A model generated the notes under the pieces. That model worked only from the letters and a program-made list of their open reading frames with translations. It searched no databases and was not told the DNA's origin. A stretch of DNA of 64,000 nucleotides. Origin: Bacillus subtilis subsp. subtilis str. 168. GTDB lineage: Bacteria > Bacillota > Bacilli > Bacillales > Bacillaceae. The position numbers were made by a program, and so were the translations under genes. Where the stretch lies: positions 1,984,001 through 2,048,000 of the forward strand of contig NC_000964.3 in the NCBI RefSeq assembly GCF_000009045.1. Direction: 5' to 3'. Shown here in pieces: positions 31,733-41,399 of this stretch. The stretch's first letter is position 1. Each line of letters opens with the position of its first letter.

Positions 31733-32848
31733 TTAATTTACAGGTAAAGAAAAATCCACATGGCAAACAAATGCTTCTTGATCAATTAGAGCTCTATTTG
31801 TCAGTTCCTTTTTCTTTTCCGGTTCTTGAAGCTGTACAGAAGAGTAATTGACGATTCCAAGGCCGATTTCCGTCCCTTTTGAATCCATCAGCCGAACAAC
31901 TGAACCGCTTTTGAATTTCCCTTTAATCTTCTGTACACCGTCTAGGTATAAACTCGATTGTCCGTTTGTTATTTTTCGTGAACAATCATCTGATAAAATC
32001 ATTTCACCTTCCGGACCGGAATTAAAAGCGATCCATTGCTCCTTTTGATTCAACGGAAGCGTTCCTTCTGCTTCAAAATAGGTGCCTTCCGCCTGTTCAT
32101 GAACGGCGTGGTATAAAATATCGCCAGCATCTGCCTGACCTAGGAAACCTTTAATGCCAGACGCCATTACGATTTTAAACGCATCAAGCTTAGAGCGCAT
32201 GCCGCCGGTGCCAACGATGCTTCCAGTGTCACCTGCGCATGCTTCGATGTCAGGTGTTATTTCACTCACCCGCTGTATCTTTTTCGCTTCTGGATTTGTG
32301 CGCGGATTGCCGTCATATAATCCGTCTATATCTGATAAAATCACAAGCATATCTGCATCAATCAATCCTGCGACTTTTGCTGCGAGCGTATCATTGTCGC
32401 CAAACTTGAGCCGATTGACGGTAACTGTGTCATTTTCGTTTATGATCGGGATGATGCCGCGCTCGAGCAGTACATTCATTGTATTCCTGACATTGTTGTA
32501 TCGATATTCATCAGAAAAATCGCTTCTCGTAATTAAAATTTGGGATGCGACATAGCCGTGTGCCAAAAACAGCTTTGAATAAGCCTCCATTAGCAATCCC
32601 TGGCCGATTGAAGCTGATGCTTGTTTTTCTGGAAGCTTCTCGGGCCTTTGGATAAATCCGAGCTTCCGATATCCCGCCGCCACTGCGCCTGAGGAAACCA
32701 AAATCACTTCATAACCGGCGTCTTTGAGTTTGACGACCTGGTCGACCAACGCTTCTAATTTTCGAATGCTGATTTCTCCATGAAGGCTTGTTAATGAACT
32801 GCTTCCAATCTTCACAACGACTCTTTTCATGCTTGTATCAGGCGTCAC
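31733..32848 (-). CDS. proJ: Glutamate 5-kinase (osmoadaptive)
   Basis: VVKIGSSSL, NENDTV, GDND, TGGMRSK and a C-terminal PUA domain. Confidence 0.93.
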   Translation of the reverse strand: MTPDTSMKRVVVKIGSSSLTSLHGEISIRKLEALVDQVVKLKDAGYEVILVSSGAVAAGYRKLGFIQRPEKLPEKQASASIGQGLLMEAYSKLFLAHGYVASQILITRSDFSDEYRYNNVRNTMNVLLERGIIPIINENDTVTVNRLKFGDNDTLAAKVAGLIDADMLVILSDIDGLYDGNPRTNPEAKKIQRVSEITPDIEACAGDTGSIVGTGGMRSKLDAFKIVMASGIKGFLGQADAGDILYHAVHEQAEGTYFEAEGTLPLNQKEQWIAFNSGPEGEMILSDDCSRKITNGQSSLYLDGVQKIKGKFKSGSVVRLMDSKGTEIGLGIVNYSSVQLQEPEKKKELTNRALIDQEAFVCHVDFSLPVN

Positions 32849-33738
32849 TTTATCACTCCTGATAGCGGCGCTGCAGTTTTTTCGATATCTTCGCTGATTT
32901 CCTTTGAACGCTTAGCCGCATGCTTTATTGCTTGAGAAATCGCTTCTCCGCCGCCGCTCTTTTTCAAGGCTTGCAGCCCCGCTGCTGTCGTTCCGTTCGG
33001 TGACGTGATATTATCTCTTAAGATCTCAGGATGTTCTCCTGTTTCCATGAGCATTTTTGCGGCACCTAAAAGTGTCTGTGCGCCGATGCTTCGAGATAAC
33101 TGTTTATCGAGGCCCGCTTCCTCGCCTGTCTTTTCAATGAATTCCATTAAATAATAAAAATACGCGGGTCCGCTGCCTGCAATTCCGGTGAATATATCCA
33201 TTTGATTTTCTTGGATTGTATAGACTTCGCCCATGCATCCGAGCAATGCTTCGGCCAGCTTCTTCAGGTCTTCCGACACATATTTGCCAAGGGCAATAGC
33301 TGTTGCAGAAGCGCCAATCATACTGGAAGTGTTGGGCATCACTCTGACAACCGGCTGTTCATTAAGCAATGATTGTTCAATAAAAGAGGTAGTTATGCCG
33401 GCAAGGACCGACAATATTAATTGATGGGGTTGAATACGTGATTTTAGTGATGACAGAGCGTTTTCGGCGTCTTTTGGCTTCATTGCCAAAATGAGCACAT
33501 CCATGTCTTCAATACATAGTTGGTTCGGCAAGGCGCCTTTAATGCCATATTGAAGTTCAAGTTCAGTTAATCGCTCTGTATTGCTGCGGTTTGTAACGCA
33601 GATGTTTTGTTTCGGGATTTTGTTGGCTCGAACGATACCTGATATCATTCCTTCCGCCATAGATCCTGCTCCTATAAAGGCTACTTTCTTTTGATCAAAG
33701 ATCGGTAACATCTCCTTTGTTCGCTTTTTTGTTCGCAT
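32845..33738 (-). CDS. proH: Pyrroline-5-carboxylate reductase (osmoadaptive)
   Basis: FIGAGSM, RVMPNT, GSGPAY and TSPNGTT motifs; overlaps proJ by 4 nt. Exact start is uncertain. Confidence 0.92.
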   Translation of the reverse strand: MRTKKRTKEMLPIFDQKKVAFIGAGSMAEGMISGIVRANKIPKQNICVTNRSNTERLTELELQYGIKGALPNQLCIEDMDVLILAMKPKDAENALSSLKSRIQPHQLILSVLAGITTSFIEQSLLNEQPVVRVMPNTSSMIGASATAIALGKYVSEDLKKLAEALLGCMGEVYTIQENQMDIFTGIAGSGPAYFYYLMEFIEKTGEEAGLDKQLSRSIGAQTLLGAAKMLMETGEHPEILRDNITSPNGTTAAGLQALKKSGGGEAISQAIKHAAKRSKEISEDIEKTAAPLSGVIK

Positions 33739-33753
33739 TTTCACACGTTTAAA

Positions 33754-33781
33754 ATGTTACCACGTGAGGAAATGATGTCAA
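33754..33781 (-). promoter_or_regulatory. SigA promoter of proHJ
   Basis: TTGACA-N16-TAACAT with a TG extended -10 element. Confidence 0.7.
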
Positions 33782-33885
33782 GTTTGAAGGCCATTATTGA
33801 TTTGTATTGTTTCTTTTCGACAAATATGTATAATGAAAAGCAGAAAACACCCGGTTCACACTGCTGCGCCGGGTGTTTGTTTCTA

Positions 33886-34254
33886 TTAAAAATTATCTGA
33901 GAGAGCTTTTTCAATCAGTTTTTTACAGCGATCCAGCTCTACCTTCAGCTGTTTTTTATATAGCTTGGCAGCTTCGTAATCTTTAAATTGATAGAGGACG
34001 ACTTCCTGGAGCTTAGCCCCTTCTTTTTTTACTTTAATTTGTTTTAGTATCCCGTCATCAAGAAGCTCATGCAAAGACCGGTATACTTCTGTATGATTTG
34101 GTTTAAAACCAATCTCTTTAAATTCAGACCGAAGTACTTCAAGCAGCTTTAACCCATAGAGTCTCTCTTGCTCTGTCATCGTTATCATATAAAGCTTCAA
34201 AAATGCGCGCTGTTTCACTAAAAAGCCTGTTGAACTCCTTTTTTCTTCTTTCAT
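33886..34254 (-). CDS. rtp: Replication terminator protein
   Basis: 122 aa, MKEEKRSSTGFLVKQRAFLKLY...; adjacent to Ter sites. Confidence 0.97.
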   Translation of the reverse strand: MKEEKRSSTGFLVKQRAFLKLYMITMTEQERLYGLKLLEVLRSEFKEIGFKPNHTEVYRSLHELLDDGILKQIKVKKEGAKLQEVVLYQFKDYEAAKLYKKQLKVELDRCKKLIEKALSDNF

Positions 34255-34276
34255 CATATGCACTCCTTCTTCTGTC

Positions 34277-34306
34277 ACTGACAACACTATGTACTAAATA
34301 TTCAAT
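34277..34306 (+). other. Replication terminator TerII (IRII), RTP-binding site
   Basis: ACTGACAACACTATGTACTAAATATTCAAT matches the Ter core CTATGTACYAAATRTTCA; lies in the rtp leader. Confidence 0.9.
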
Positions 34307-34399
34307 TTTCTTTTATTGTTTTCCTTCTTTATATTAAAGACTGATAGTCCAGTTATTTCATGTTTACTGATTATAGGTGTAGCGGAAAAAATAAATTTC

Positions 34400-34430
34400 G
34401 ACTGAACATTTGGTACATAGTTTTCTTAGT
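34400..34430 (-). other. Replication terminator TerI (IRI), RTP-binding site
   Basis: Reverse complement is ACTAAGAAAACTATGTACCAAATGTTCAGTC; inverted relative to TerII. Confidence 0.92.
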
Positions 34431-34521
34431 TCTATTATAGCCTGCATTTACTGCTATCTTCAATTTAAACGATTGCCAGGGTTTACATATCTCATTTTAC
34501 CGGTACGGATTTCATTCAAAT

Positions 34522-34548
34522 AAAAAAACCTGTCGAAAGACAGGTTTT
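34522..34548 (-). terminator. Terminator after yoxD
   Basis: AAAACCTGTC-gaaa-GACAGGTTTT. Confidence 0.8.
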
Positions 34549-34553
34549 CATTT

Positions 34554-35270
34554 TTAAGGATTTGTTGACCATAATCCCGCTGTTTTGATGAAAATACGAG
34601 GATCTAATTTCAGTTGTGCCACCATGTACTCAGCAAGATCCTCAGGCTGCATAACTTTTTCAGGATTACCGTCTGTTAAGTTCAATTCGATAGACATATC
34701 ACTAGCGACAGTGCTCGGCGTTAACGCGCTGACTCTGATATTATGTTTTCTCACTTCTTGCATAAGAGACTCTGTTAACCCGAGAACGGCAAATTTAGAA
34801 GCGCTGTAAGCACTTGTTACAGCAGCTCCTCTTTGGCCCGCTGTAGATGAAATATTAATGATGTCTCCGGCTTTGCGTTCGATCATTTCCGGAAGCACCG
34901 CGCGAGTGACATGGTACACACCCATTAGGTTGACTTGAATAATATTTTCCCACTCATCAGCTGACAGATCTAAGAAACCGCCAAATTTGCTGATGCCGGC
35001 ATTATTAATGAGGATATCGATATCACCGAGCTGTTCCTTCACTTGAGCTACAGCTTGGTTAACCTGATCGGCATCTTTTACATCTGCAGCAGCAAATGCA
35101 GCTTTTACACCAAGCGCTTTGACTTCTTCAGCCACTTTTTCTACATTAGCGGAAGTCCGGCCAATTAACCCGATATTCACGCCTTCTTTGGCAAGCGCCA
35201 GAGCAGTAGCGCGGCCAATTCCTCTGCCTCCGCCTGTGATTAGTGCAGTTTTATGTTGTAAACTTTGCAA
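34554..35270 (-). CDS. yoxD: Short-chain dehydrogenase/reductase
   Basis: [12 protein letters not shown] and YSASK motifs; TTG start at 35270 after AAAGGTG. Confidence 0.9.
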
Positions 35271-35371
35271 TTGAAGCACCCTTTCTTTGTTTACATATGT
35301 ACGATATCACATTATAAGTACAATACATCCAATACGCAAATCAAACGAACTGTGTAAATATCATTTCTTCT

Positions 35372-35396
35372 GATTAAAAAAACGGATACAGGGTAA
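35372..35396 (+). promoter_or_regulatory. SigB-type promoter of yoxC-yoxB-yoaA
   Basis: GATTAA-N13-GGGTAA versus consensus GTTTAA-N12-14-GGGTAT. Confidence 0.7.
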
Positions 35397-35420
35397 TGAC
35401 ATAAGAAAAGGAGTGAACAT

Positions 35421-35726
35421 ATGATTATAGTTTATATCAGTCTTGCAGTATTAGCAGTTTCTATTATCTTCTTAGGAGTTACCGTGATCCAAAACAAGAA
35501 AAAAATAGACCCCGCACTAAAGGAGCTTTCCTCTGTTACGCAGGCTATGCAAAAACAAATCGAAGGATTAAAAACAGAAACAGAGCTGCTGACGCAAAAA
35601 CAAAAGAAGATTCAGCAGGATGTCCAAATAAAAAAATACACGCTTCAGCAGACCGCAGCTGAAGTGAAAGAAGTTCCCCAAGCAGTCAAAGAGGTGTGGC
35701 AGGCAGGACATTTTAATAGCAGATAA
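35421..35726 (+). CDS. yoxC: General-stress membrane-anchored coiled-coil protein
   Basis: 101 aa; N-terminal TM helix then coiled coil; AAGGAG RBS. Confidence 0.8.
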   Translation: MIIVYISLAVLAVSIIFLGVTVIQNKKKIDPALKELSSVTQAMQKQIEGLKTETELLTQKQKKIQQDVQIKKYTLQQTAAEVKEVPQAVKEVWQAGHFNSR

Positions 35727-35796
35727 GGATGAATGAGATCCCGTTGTTACGATCAGAATGGACAAATGGGATCTCATTTTTCGAGGAGGCTTACAC

Positions 35797-36567
35797 ATGA
35801 TTATAAACCGCAGCTGCTTAAAAGAGTTCGCAGAAAAAGTACATTTTCTTCCCTCTTCACTTACAAAGTCCGATTTACTTACTGATCCATTTCGTCTCCA
35901 TCAAGAAAACGAACTTGGCATCTACTATTCACCTCATAATGAATTTATCAATCGGGATGCCTCGCTTGTGATTGCCGGGATCACGCCTGGTTTTTCCCAG
36001 ATGAAGACAGCGTACGAAACAGCCGCCGAAAGCCTGCTGCAAGGCGGGACTCTTGAGCAAATGGCAGTAGACACAAAAATAGCAGCGGGTTTCTCCGGAT
36101 CGATGAGACATAACCTTATTACCATGCTGGATTTATGCGGGCTGCCGCAAGCTTTTGGCATTCAAAGCGCCGCAAAGCTTTTTGGAGAATTACGGCATAT
36201 GCTCCATACAACTTCCGTTATTAAATATCCTGTCTTTATCCAGCAAAAAAACTATACCGGATACAAACCGGCTATCACTCATTCTCCTATCCTAAGCACT
36301 TATGCTTTTGGGCACTTCCCTGCAGAGCTTAACCATGTGACGGGACCAGCTCTTCTCATTCCGTTAGGAAAAGCGGCCGAAACAGTGTGTGAAACATTGA
36401 TCAGACAGCACAGCCTCCAGAATTTGATTTGCCTTAACGGCTTTCCCCATCCATCAGGCGCGAACGGCCATCGTTTGAAACAATTCAGCAAAAACAAAGA
36501 GCAACTAGAAAGACAAATTCGTTCCTTTGCTGCATTGGTTGATTTCGCTATAGAAAAGAGGAAATAA
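35797..36567 (+). CDS. yoxB: Uncharacterised protein with uracil-DNA-glycosylase-superfamily-like motifs
   Basis: 256 aa from ATG 35797 (GAGGAGG RBS); IAGITPG and FPHPSG motifs. Confidence 0.75.
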   Translation: MIINRSCLKEFAEKVHFLPSSLTKSDLLTDPFRLHQENELGIYYSPHNEFINRDASLVIAGITPGFSQMKTAYETAAESLLQGGTLEQMAVDTKIAAGFSGSMRHNLITMLDLCGLPQAFGIQSAAKLFGELRHMLHTTSVIKYPVFIQQKNYTGYKPAITHSPILSTYAFGHFPAELNHVTGPALLIPLGKAAETVCETLIRQHSLQNLICLNGFPHPSGANGHRLKQFSKNKEQLERQIRSFAALVDFAIEKRK

Positions 36568-36610
36568 AAGGGATATGATAAACAAAAACACAAACGTGGG
36601 GAGTGGTTGA

Positions 36611-37144
36611 ATGTTTCCTATATTAGAAACGGATCGGCTTATACTTAGGCAAATCACAGATCAGGATGCGGAAGCCATTTTTGCTTGTTTCTCAAACGAT
36701 GAGGTGACACGCTATTATGGGCTTGAAAACATGGAATCTATAGAACAGGCCATTTCAATGATTCAAACGTTTGCTGCCCTCTATCAAGAAAAACGCGGTA
36801 TACGGTGGGGAATTGAAAGACGGGACACTAAAGAACTGATCGGAACAATTGGCTTTCACGCTCTGGCCCAAAAGCATAGGCGCGCGGAAATCGGTTATGA
36901 AATCATCCCGGAGCATTGGCGAAACGGATTTGCATCAGAAGTCATTTCAAAGGTCGTATCTTACGGATTTTCTGCCCTTGGACTGTCGCGTATTGGCGCA
37001 GTTGTATTTACCGATAATGAAGCATCAAATCGTCTGCTTCTAAAAATGGGGTTTCAAAAAGAAGGCGTTTTAAGACAGTACATGTATCAAAATGGGACTC
37101 CATATGATACAAATGTGTACTCTATTGTGAAACCAAGAGAATGA
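36611..37144 (+). CDS. yoaA: GNAT N-acetyltransferase (RimJ/RimL type)
   Basis: LETDRLILRQ, EIGY, NEAS..LL.KMGF..EG motifs. Confidence 0.88.
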   Translation: MFPILETDRLILRQITDQDAEAIFACFSNDEVTRYYGLENMESIEQAISMIQTFAALYQEKRGIRWGIERRDTKELIGTIGFHALAQKHRRAEIGYEIIPEHWRNGFASEVISKVVSYGFSALGLSRIGAVVFTDNEASNRLLLKMGFQKEGVLRQYMYQNGTPYDTNVYSIVKPRE

Positions 37145-37222
37145 CGGTATTCTCTTGGTCTGTGCCACATCCCTTTTCCTTTAAAAAGATAAAAAGCGCC
37201 CCTCAAACAGGGCGCTTTCTAA

Positions 37223-38467
37223 TTAAGATGCATATTGAGGAGATGTTTCCTCCTTAACTGCTTTTTCCTCAGGTATATGAATACATTTTGTCAAGACCGC
37301 ACTTGCAAGGTAAAGGGCCGCAAAGATCCAGACGACACCTTGCGCGCCGACGAGACCGATGAACAGCCAAGCGAGTGCAGGGCCGACAAACGCTGATAAA
37401 CCTGCAGCTAAATTCAATACAGACATGGCTGCCCCTTTATCTTTTCCTGCCACCGTCGGCACAATTGCACCAATCGGCACATAGCCTGCCAGCAAACCGC
37501 CCCAAATAAAGCCGATCACGCTGACAACCGCTAAACTTCCGCCGGAGAAAACAGGTGCGTAGTATAATAAGACGGTGAAAATGCCGCAGCCGACTCCGCC
37601 GAACCAAATAACAGTATTTTTCCAGCCGAATTTATCGCCGACAATACCGAAGATAAGGTTAAACACAATGTTCCCCAGGAAAATCGTTCCCCAAATTTGC
37701 AGCCACACATTGGTTGAAATTCCATGCTGGGCCATGTGCATCGGCAAAAAGACTGGAAAACCATATGTACCAATGCTGTTGATGATTCTGATGATTCCGC
37801 CTGTAAGCACGCGCGGATTTGTAAATAGAATCGTAACCCCTTTTAAAAGCTCCTCGGCTGTTTCTGATCTTTTTCTTTTCTTCTTTTCAAAACGGTCTTT
37901 ATTGATAAACAATGCAAAGAATGCACCGAGACATACCCAGAAAATAGAGCTCCAAAGCGTATTCAAATAACCGAACGCTTTGATCGCGTAGCTTGAGTAC
38001 CAAGCGCCGAACACAAACATGCCGAGGCAATATGCAATCCAAAACCAGCCGACAGCAGTGCTCAGTTTGCTTTGCGGTGTTCTGTAAATGACCCATGTCA
38101 AGAAAGAATAAGCAAAAAGCGGGTAACCTAACCCTTTTACGAAGTAAGTCACATACATCACTGGCAGGTTCAGCTGTTCAAATCCAAATACGATAAAAGC
38201 AGCTGTACCGATCACATAAAACAACAGCCCCATAAACATCGTTCGTTTTGCGCCAAATGCTTCGAGACATACACCCGAAAACCAGGAAGCTATGGCAAGC
38301 GCAATTCCGTATATACTAAAAATGGAAGCGGACTGCTGAACGGTGAGCCCGTTTTCGATCAAAAAAGGACTGAGCCAGCCTTGTTCAAGGCCATCTCCCA
38401 TCATAAACAAAACAACCCCTAAAAATCCCCAGGCAAGCCGCTTCGGTATTCCTATTTTATCCAACAT
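37223..38467 (-). CDS. yoaB: MFS transporter (polyol/alpha-ketoglutarate permease-like)
   Basis: 414 aa, 12 TM segments; GDGLEQGWLSP and GYPLFAYSF motifs typical of the RbtT/DalT/CsbX group. Confidence 0.85.
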   Translation of the reverse strand: MLDKIGIPKRLAWGFLGVVLFMMGDGLEQGWLSPFLIENGLTVQQSASIFSIYGIALAIASWFSGVCLEAFGAKRTMFMGLLFYVIGTAAFIVFGFEQLNLPVMYVTYFVKGLGYPLFAYSFLTWVIYRTPQSKLSTAVGWFWIAYCLGMFVFGAWYSSYAIKAFGYLNTLWSSIFWVCLGAFFALFINKDRFEKKKRKRSETAEELLKGVTILFTNPRVLTGGIIRIINSIGTYGFPVFLPMHMAQHGISTNVWLQIWGTIFLGNIVFNLIFGIVGDKFGWKNTVIWFGGVGCGIFTVLLYYAPVFSGGSLAVVSVIGFIWGGLLAGYVPIGAIVPTVAGKDKGAAMSVLNLAAGLSAFVGPALAWLFIGLVGAQGVVWIFAALYLASAVLTKCIHIPEEKAVKEETSPQYAS

Positions 38468-38560
38468 ATCTGTCTCCTCCTTAGATGCTATTATTCATTA
38501 CCGTATTACCTTATTAAAGTTGAAAATTAAATGATTCCTCAAAACAGCAGAAATTCCGTC

Positions 38561-40024
38561 TTAAATTAATACTTTGCTTTCTGATCCTGAAAAAAAGCGC
38601 TGTGTTTGCTTCCATTCCTCATATAAAGCCAATTCTATCTGACAGTCCTTCGGTTCGATCACCCGGACATTTGCTGACATCTCCTCCGTTAATTGAAAGG
38701 TTTCATTGCAAATGACTGCAGCACCGACGACAGATGCCTGATGATATCCCTCTTGGACATAGACCTTTTTTTGAAGAAGATCCGCGATATATTGAGTGAG
38801 CGCTTTGCTTTGGAATCCCCCTCCGCACACCCAAACATAATCACGTTCAAACGGAGTAACCTCTGTTAAAATGTCAAAGTTCCATTTGATTGAAAATGCG
38901 ATCTCTTCTAGCGCTGCACGTACAAAATGTGCCCTCTTTAAATGTGCTGACAGCGGGGCATCAAAAAGAAAACCGCCTCTCGTTAACGCATTCTTTTCAG
39001 CCGATAAATAAGAGCCGAGAGCCGCTACACATGCATGGTCTTCTTTTGCAAGTGCAGAAATCTCCTCCTCCATTACTTCGTACGTTTCATTCGGATAAAA
39101 AATCTGTTTTAATTTTTGATAATTCAAGCCGGTAATTCCCGGATTCGTTTCCACAAGCCAATGCCCTTGATCCGTATGACAGTTCAACCAGGCTTTATGT
39201 TTTGTGTCGCCATGATCCTCAGTAATTTTGGTTATTGGCGTTGTTGTCCCTGATACAATGACAATGTCCTCAAGTCCAGCTCCGGTGCTTTTGACAGCCA
39301 GCTGTGTATCCCCGCCCCCTGCTATAACCTTAGCATTTATTGAAAGGCCTAATTCGGATGCATATTCATTTGCTATCGTTCCAATTGCTGTTCCCGCTCT
39401 TACAAGAGGCGGAAGGATAGATGGAGAAAAGCCGAAAATGTCGCACATCTCTTCTGACCAAGTGTTTTGCTTCACATCAAATAGCAGGGTTTCTGTTGCC
39501 TGTGATGGTTCATATGTTAATATTCCGCTCAGTTGGTACGTCACCCAATCACTGATGCTTGTAAAGCTTGCAGTCTTTTCCCATAAAGAGGGCTGGCGCT
39601 GTTTTAATCCATAAAGCTTGAGCGCAGAAAAAAGTGCAGTTGGCAGGCGGCCTGTGCTGCTGTATATCTCTTCCCAATCGGGAATGCCCGCCTCCCACTC
39701 TCGGCCGCGATTATCGATGTTCGGCAGCCCGAGAAAAGGATTGCCGTTTTGATCAATCAAAACAATCCCCTGTCTTTGGCTCGTCGATGTCAAACCAATG
39801 ATGTCAATATCACACGAACGGGATAGCGCACGTTTTGCCAAATTCATCACCTGCTTCCACAGCACCTGAGGAGAAAAATAACGGCTGTCCGGGTAAAGCG
39901 TCTCTGTGGAATACTCGATGTCCTCCCGTTCAACTGTTAGAACACTGCCAGTTACACTCACGACCGCTACCCTCGCATTGCCTGTGCCAATATCAAAAAC
40001 GAGATAGCCTTTTTGTTTTTTCAT
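38561..40024 (-). CDS. yoaC: FGGY family carbohydrate kinase
   Basis: FDIGTGNAR, TSQRQG, GGGDTQ, SGTT and CGGG motifs. Confidence 0.88.
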   Translation of the reverse strand: MKKQKGYLVFDIGTGNARVAVVSVTGSVLTVEREDIEYSTETLYPDSRYFSPQVLWKQVMNLAKRALSRSCDIDIIGLTSTSQRQGIVLIDQNGNPFLGLPNIDNRGREWEAGIPDWEEIYSSTGRLPTALFSALKLYGLKQRQPSLWEKTASFTSISDWVTYQLSGILTYEPSQATETLLFDVKQNTWSEEMCDIFGFSPSILPPLVRAGTAIGTIANEYASELGLSINAKVIAGGGDTQLAVKSTGAGLEDIVIVSGTTTPITKITEDHGDTKHKAWLNCHTDQGHWLVETNPGITGLNYQKLKQIFYPNETYEVMEEEISALAKEDHACVAALGSYLSAEKNALTRGGFLFDAPLSAHLKRAHFVRAALEEIAFSIKWNFDILTEVTPFERDYVWVCGGGFQSKALTQYIADLLQKKVYVQEGYHQASVVGAAVICNETFQLTEEMSANVRVIEPKDCQIELALYEEWKQTQRFFSGSESKVLI

Positions 40025-40041
40025 TCTGTTAGCCTCCTTTC

Positions 40042-41076
40042 TTATCCCCCTGTTTTCAGTGCGTCCTTGTTATACATTGTCTGAATATTAAGAGTTTTTT
40101 CACCCTTCCACTTTTTGAGGGCTTTATTCAGTATCGTCACGTGATGATCCTCCACTTCAAATGTTGCTCCAGCGAGATGCGGTGTTGCCAGAACATTAGG
40201 CAATGAAATCAATTCATAATCTGATTCCTCTGGAGGTTCATGATAAAAAACGTCTAGTATCGCACCGCTGATTTTATGTTCTTTTAATACAAATAAAAGA
40301 TCTTCACGGTTTACAACAACTGCTCTTGAAGTATTAACGAAAATCGCACTCTCTTTCATCAGATCAAAATATTGCCGATCTATCAGTCCGAGTGTTTCCT
40401 CAGTGCGAGGCAGATGGACAGAAACGATATCGCTGTCTGAAAACACCGTTTTAAGAGATGCTTTTTCATACAACGGATGATCGTCTTGAATGTATGGATC
40501 GTAATATTTTATCTTACAGTCAAACGCAGTCAGCAGTTTTGCAATCCTTTGCCCGACTGCGCCGAACCCAATCATGCCAACCGTTTTTCCTGTTAGCTCA
40601 TTTCCTTTAAATTTGACATAAGCCTGCAGGTAATCACTGTCCCACTCTCCATCCTTCAGCCACTGATTCGAGGCGCTGGTATGGCGCAGAAAGGAAATCA
40701 CATTTCCAATAAACATTTCGGCAACGGCTTGTGCATTCCGCCCTGGTGTATAAAAAACAGGTATGCCCCTTTTTGAGGCAGCTGCCACATCCACATTTGA
40801 GGGCATTCCCCTGCAAACACCGACAAATGAAAGTTCGGGAACAGAAGCAAATACGCTGTCTGTTACCTGATCAAGTTCAGTAATCAAGCCTGTCGCATTT
40901 GTTGCTTTTAGCAGCTGAATGAGTTCATCCTCCCGATATGCCCTACCTTGTTCCTTCCAAGATTGATAAGCAACTGAGCCAAACAAGTTTTCAAGCTCTT
41001 TTCGTCCTTCTTCGTTGTACGGTGCTGTAACCAAAACCGTCATGCTGCAAAACATCCTTTTCATCGTATTTTTCAT
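40042..41076 (-). CDS. yoaD: D-isomer-specific 2-hydroxyacid dehydrogenase
   Basis: GMIGFGAVG, NTSR, LDVF..EP and TPHLAG motifs. True start may be ATG 41043, since 41076 abuts the terminator U-tract. Confidence 0.88.
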   Translation of the reverse strand: MKNTMKRMFCSMTVLVTAPYNEEGRKELENLFGSVAYQSWKEQGRAYREDELIQLLKATNATGLITELDQVTDSVFASVPELSFVGVCRGMPSNVDVAAASKRGIPVFYTPGRNAQAVAEMFIGNVISFLRHTSASNQWLKDGEWDSDYLQAYVKFKGNELTGKTVGMIGFGAVGQRIAKLLTAFDCKIKYYDPYIQDDHPLYEKASLKTVFSDSDIVSVHLPRTEETLGLIDRQYFDLMKESAIFVNTSRAVVVNREDLLFVLKEHKISGAILDVFYHEPPEESDYELISLPNVLATPHLAGATFEVEDHHVTILNKALKKWKGEKTLNIQTMYNKDALKTGG

Positions 41077-41110
41077 AAAAAAAATCTCTTTCCGAAGATG
41101 GAAAGAGATT
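41077..41110 (-). terminator. S-box leader transcription terminator
   Basis: AATCTCTTTCC-gaagat-GGAAAGAGATT with an A8 run (U-tract on the minus strand). Confidence 0.88.
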
Positions 41111-41159
41111 CATATATAGGCGCGCTCTGTTACAGGCAGACGCCGGTATAAACCTTGCT

Positions 41160-41250
41160 TTCCTATCTTTCAAGCTAGCGCTTGCTGGAATTGGCACAAT
41201 AATGTTGCCGAGGTTTCATAGGGCCAGTCCCTCCACCTCTCTGGATAGAA
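41160..41250 (-). ncRNA. SAM-I (S-box) riboswitch upstream of yoaDCB
   Basis: Minus strand TTCTATCCAGAGAGGTGGAGGGACTGGCCCTATGAAACCTCGGCAAC...GTGCCAATTCCAGCAAG...CTTGAAAGATAGGAA carries the hallmark S-box segments. Confidence 0.93.
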
Positions 41251-41399
41251 AATATTGAGTATGTAATTTTCAGAATGAAGAATACGTTTATCATAAAGAA
41301 GACTCAGATTGATGTCAATCTCTTTTTTTCAGAATTGACGTTATCATCGGAAATGTTATAATTCTTACAAAATATCTAACTAGAGAGAGGAACTGGGCC

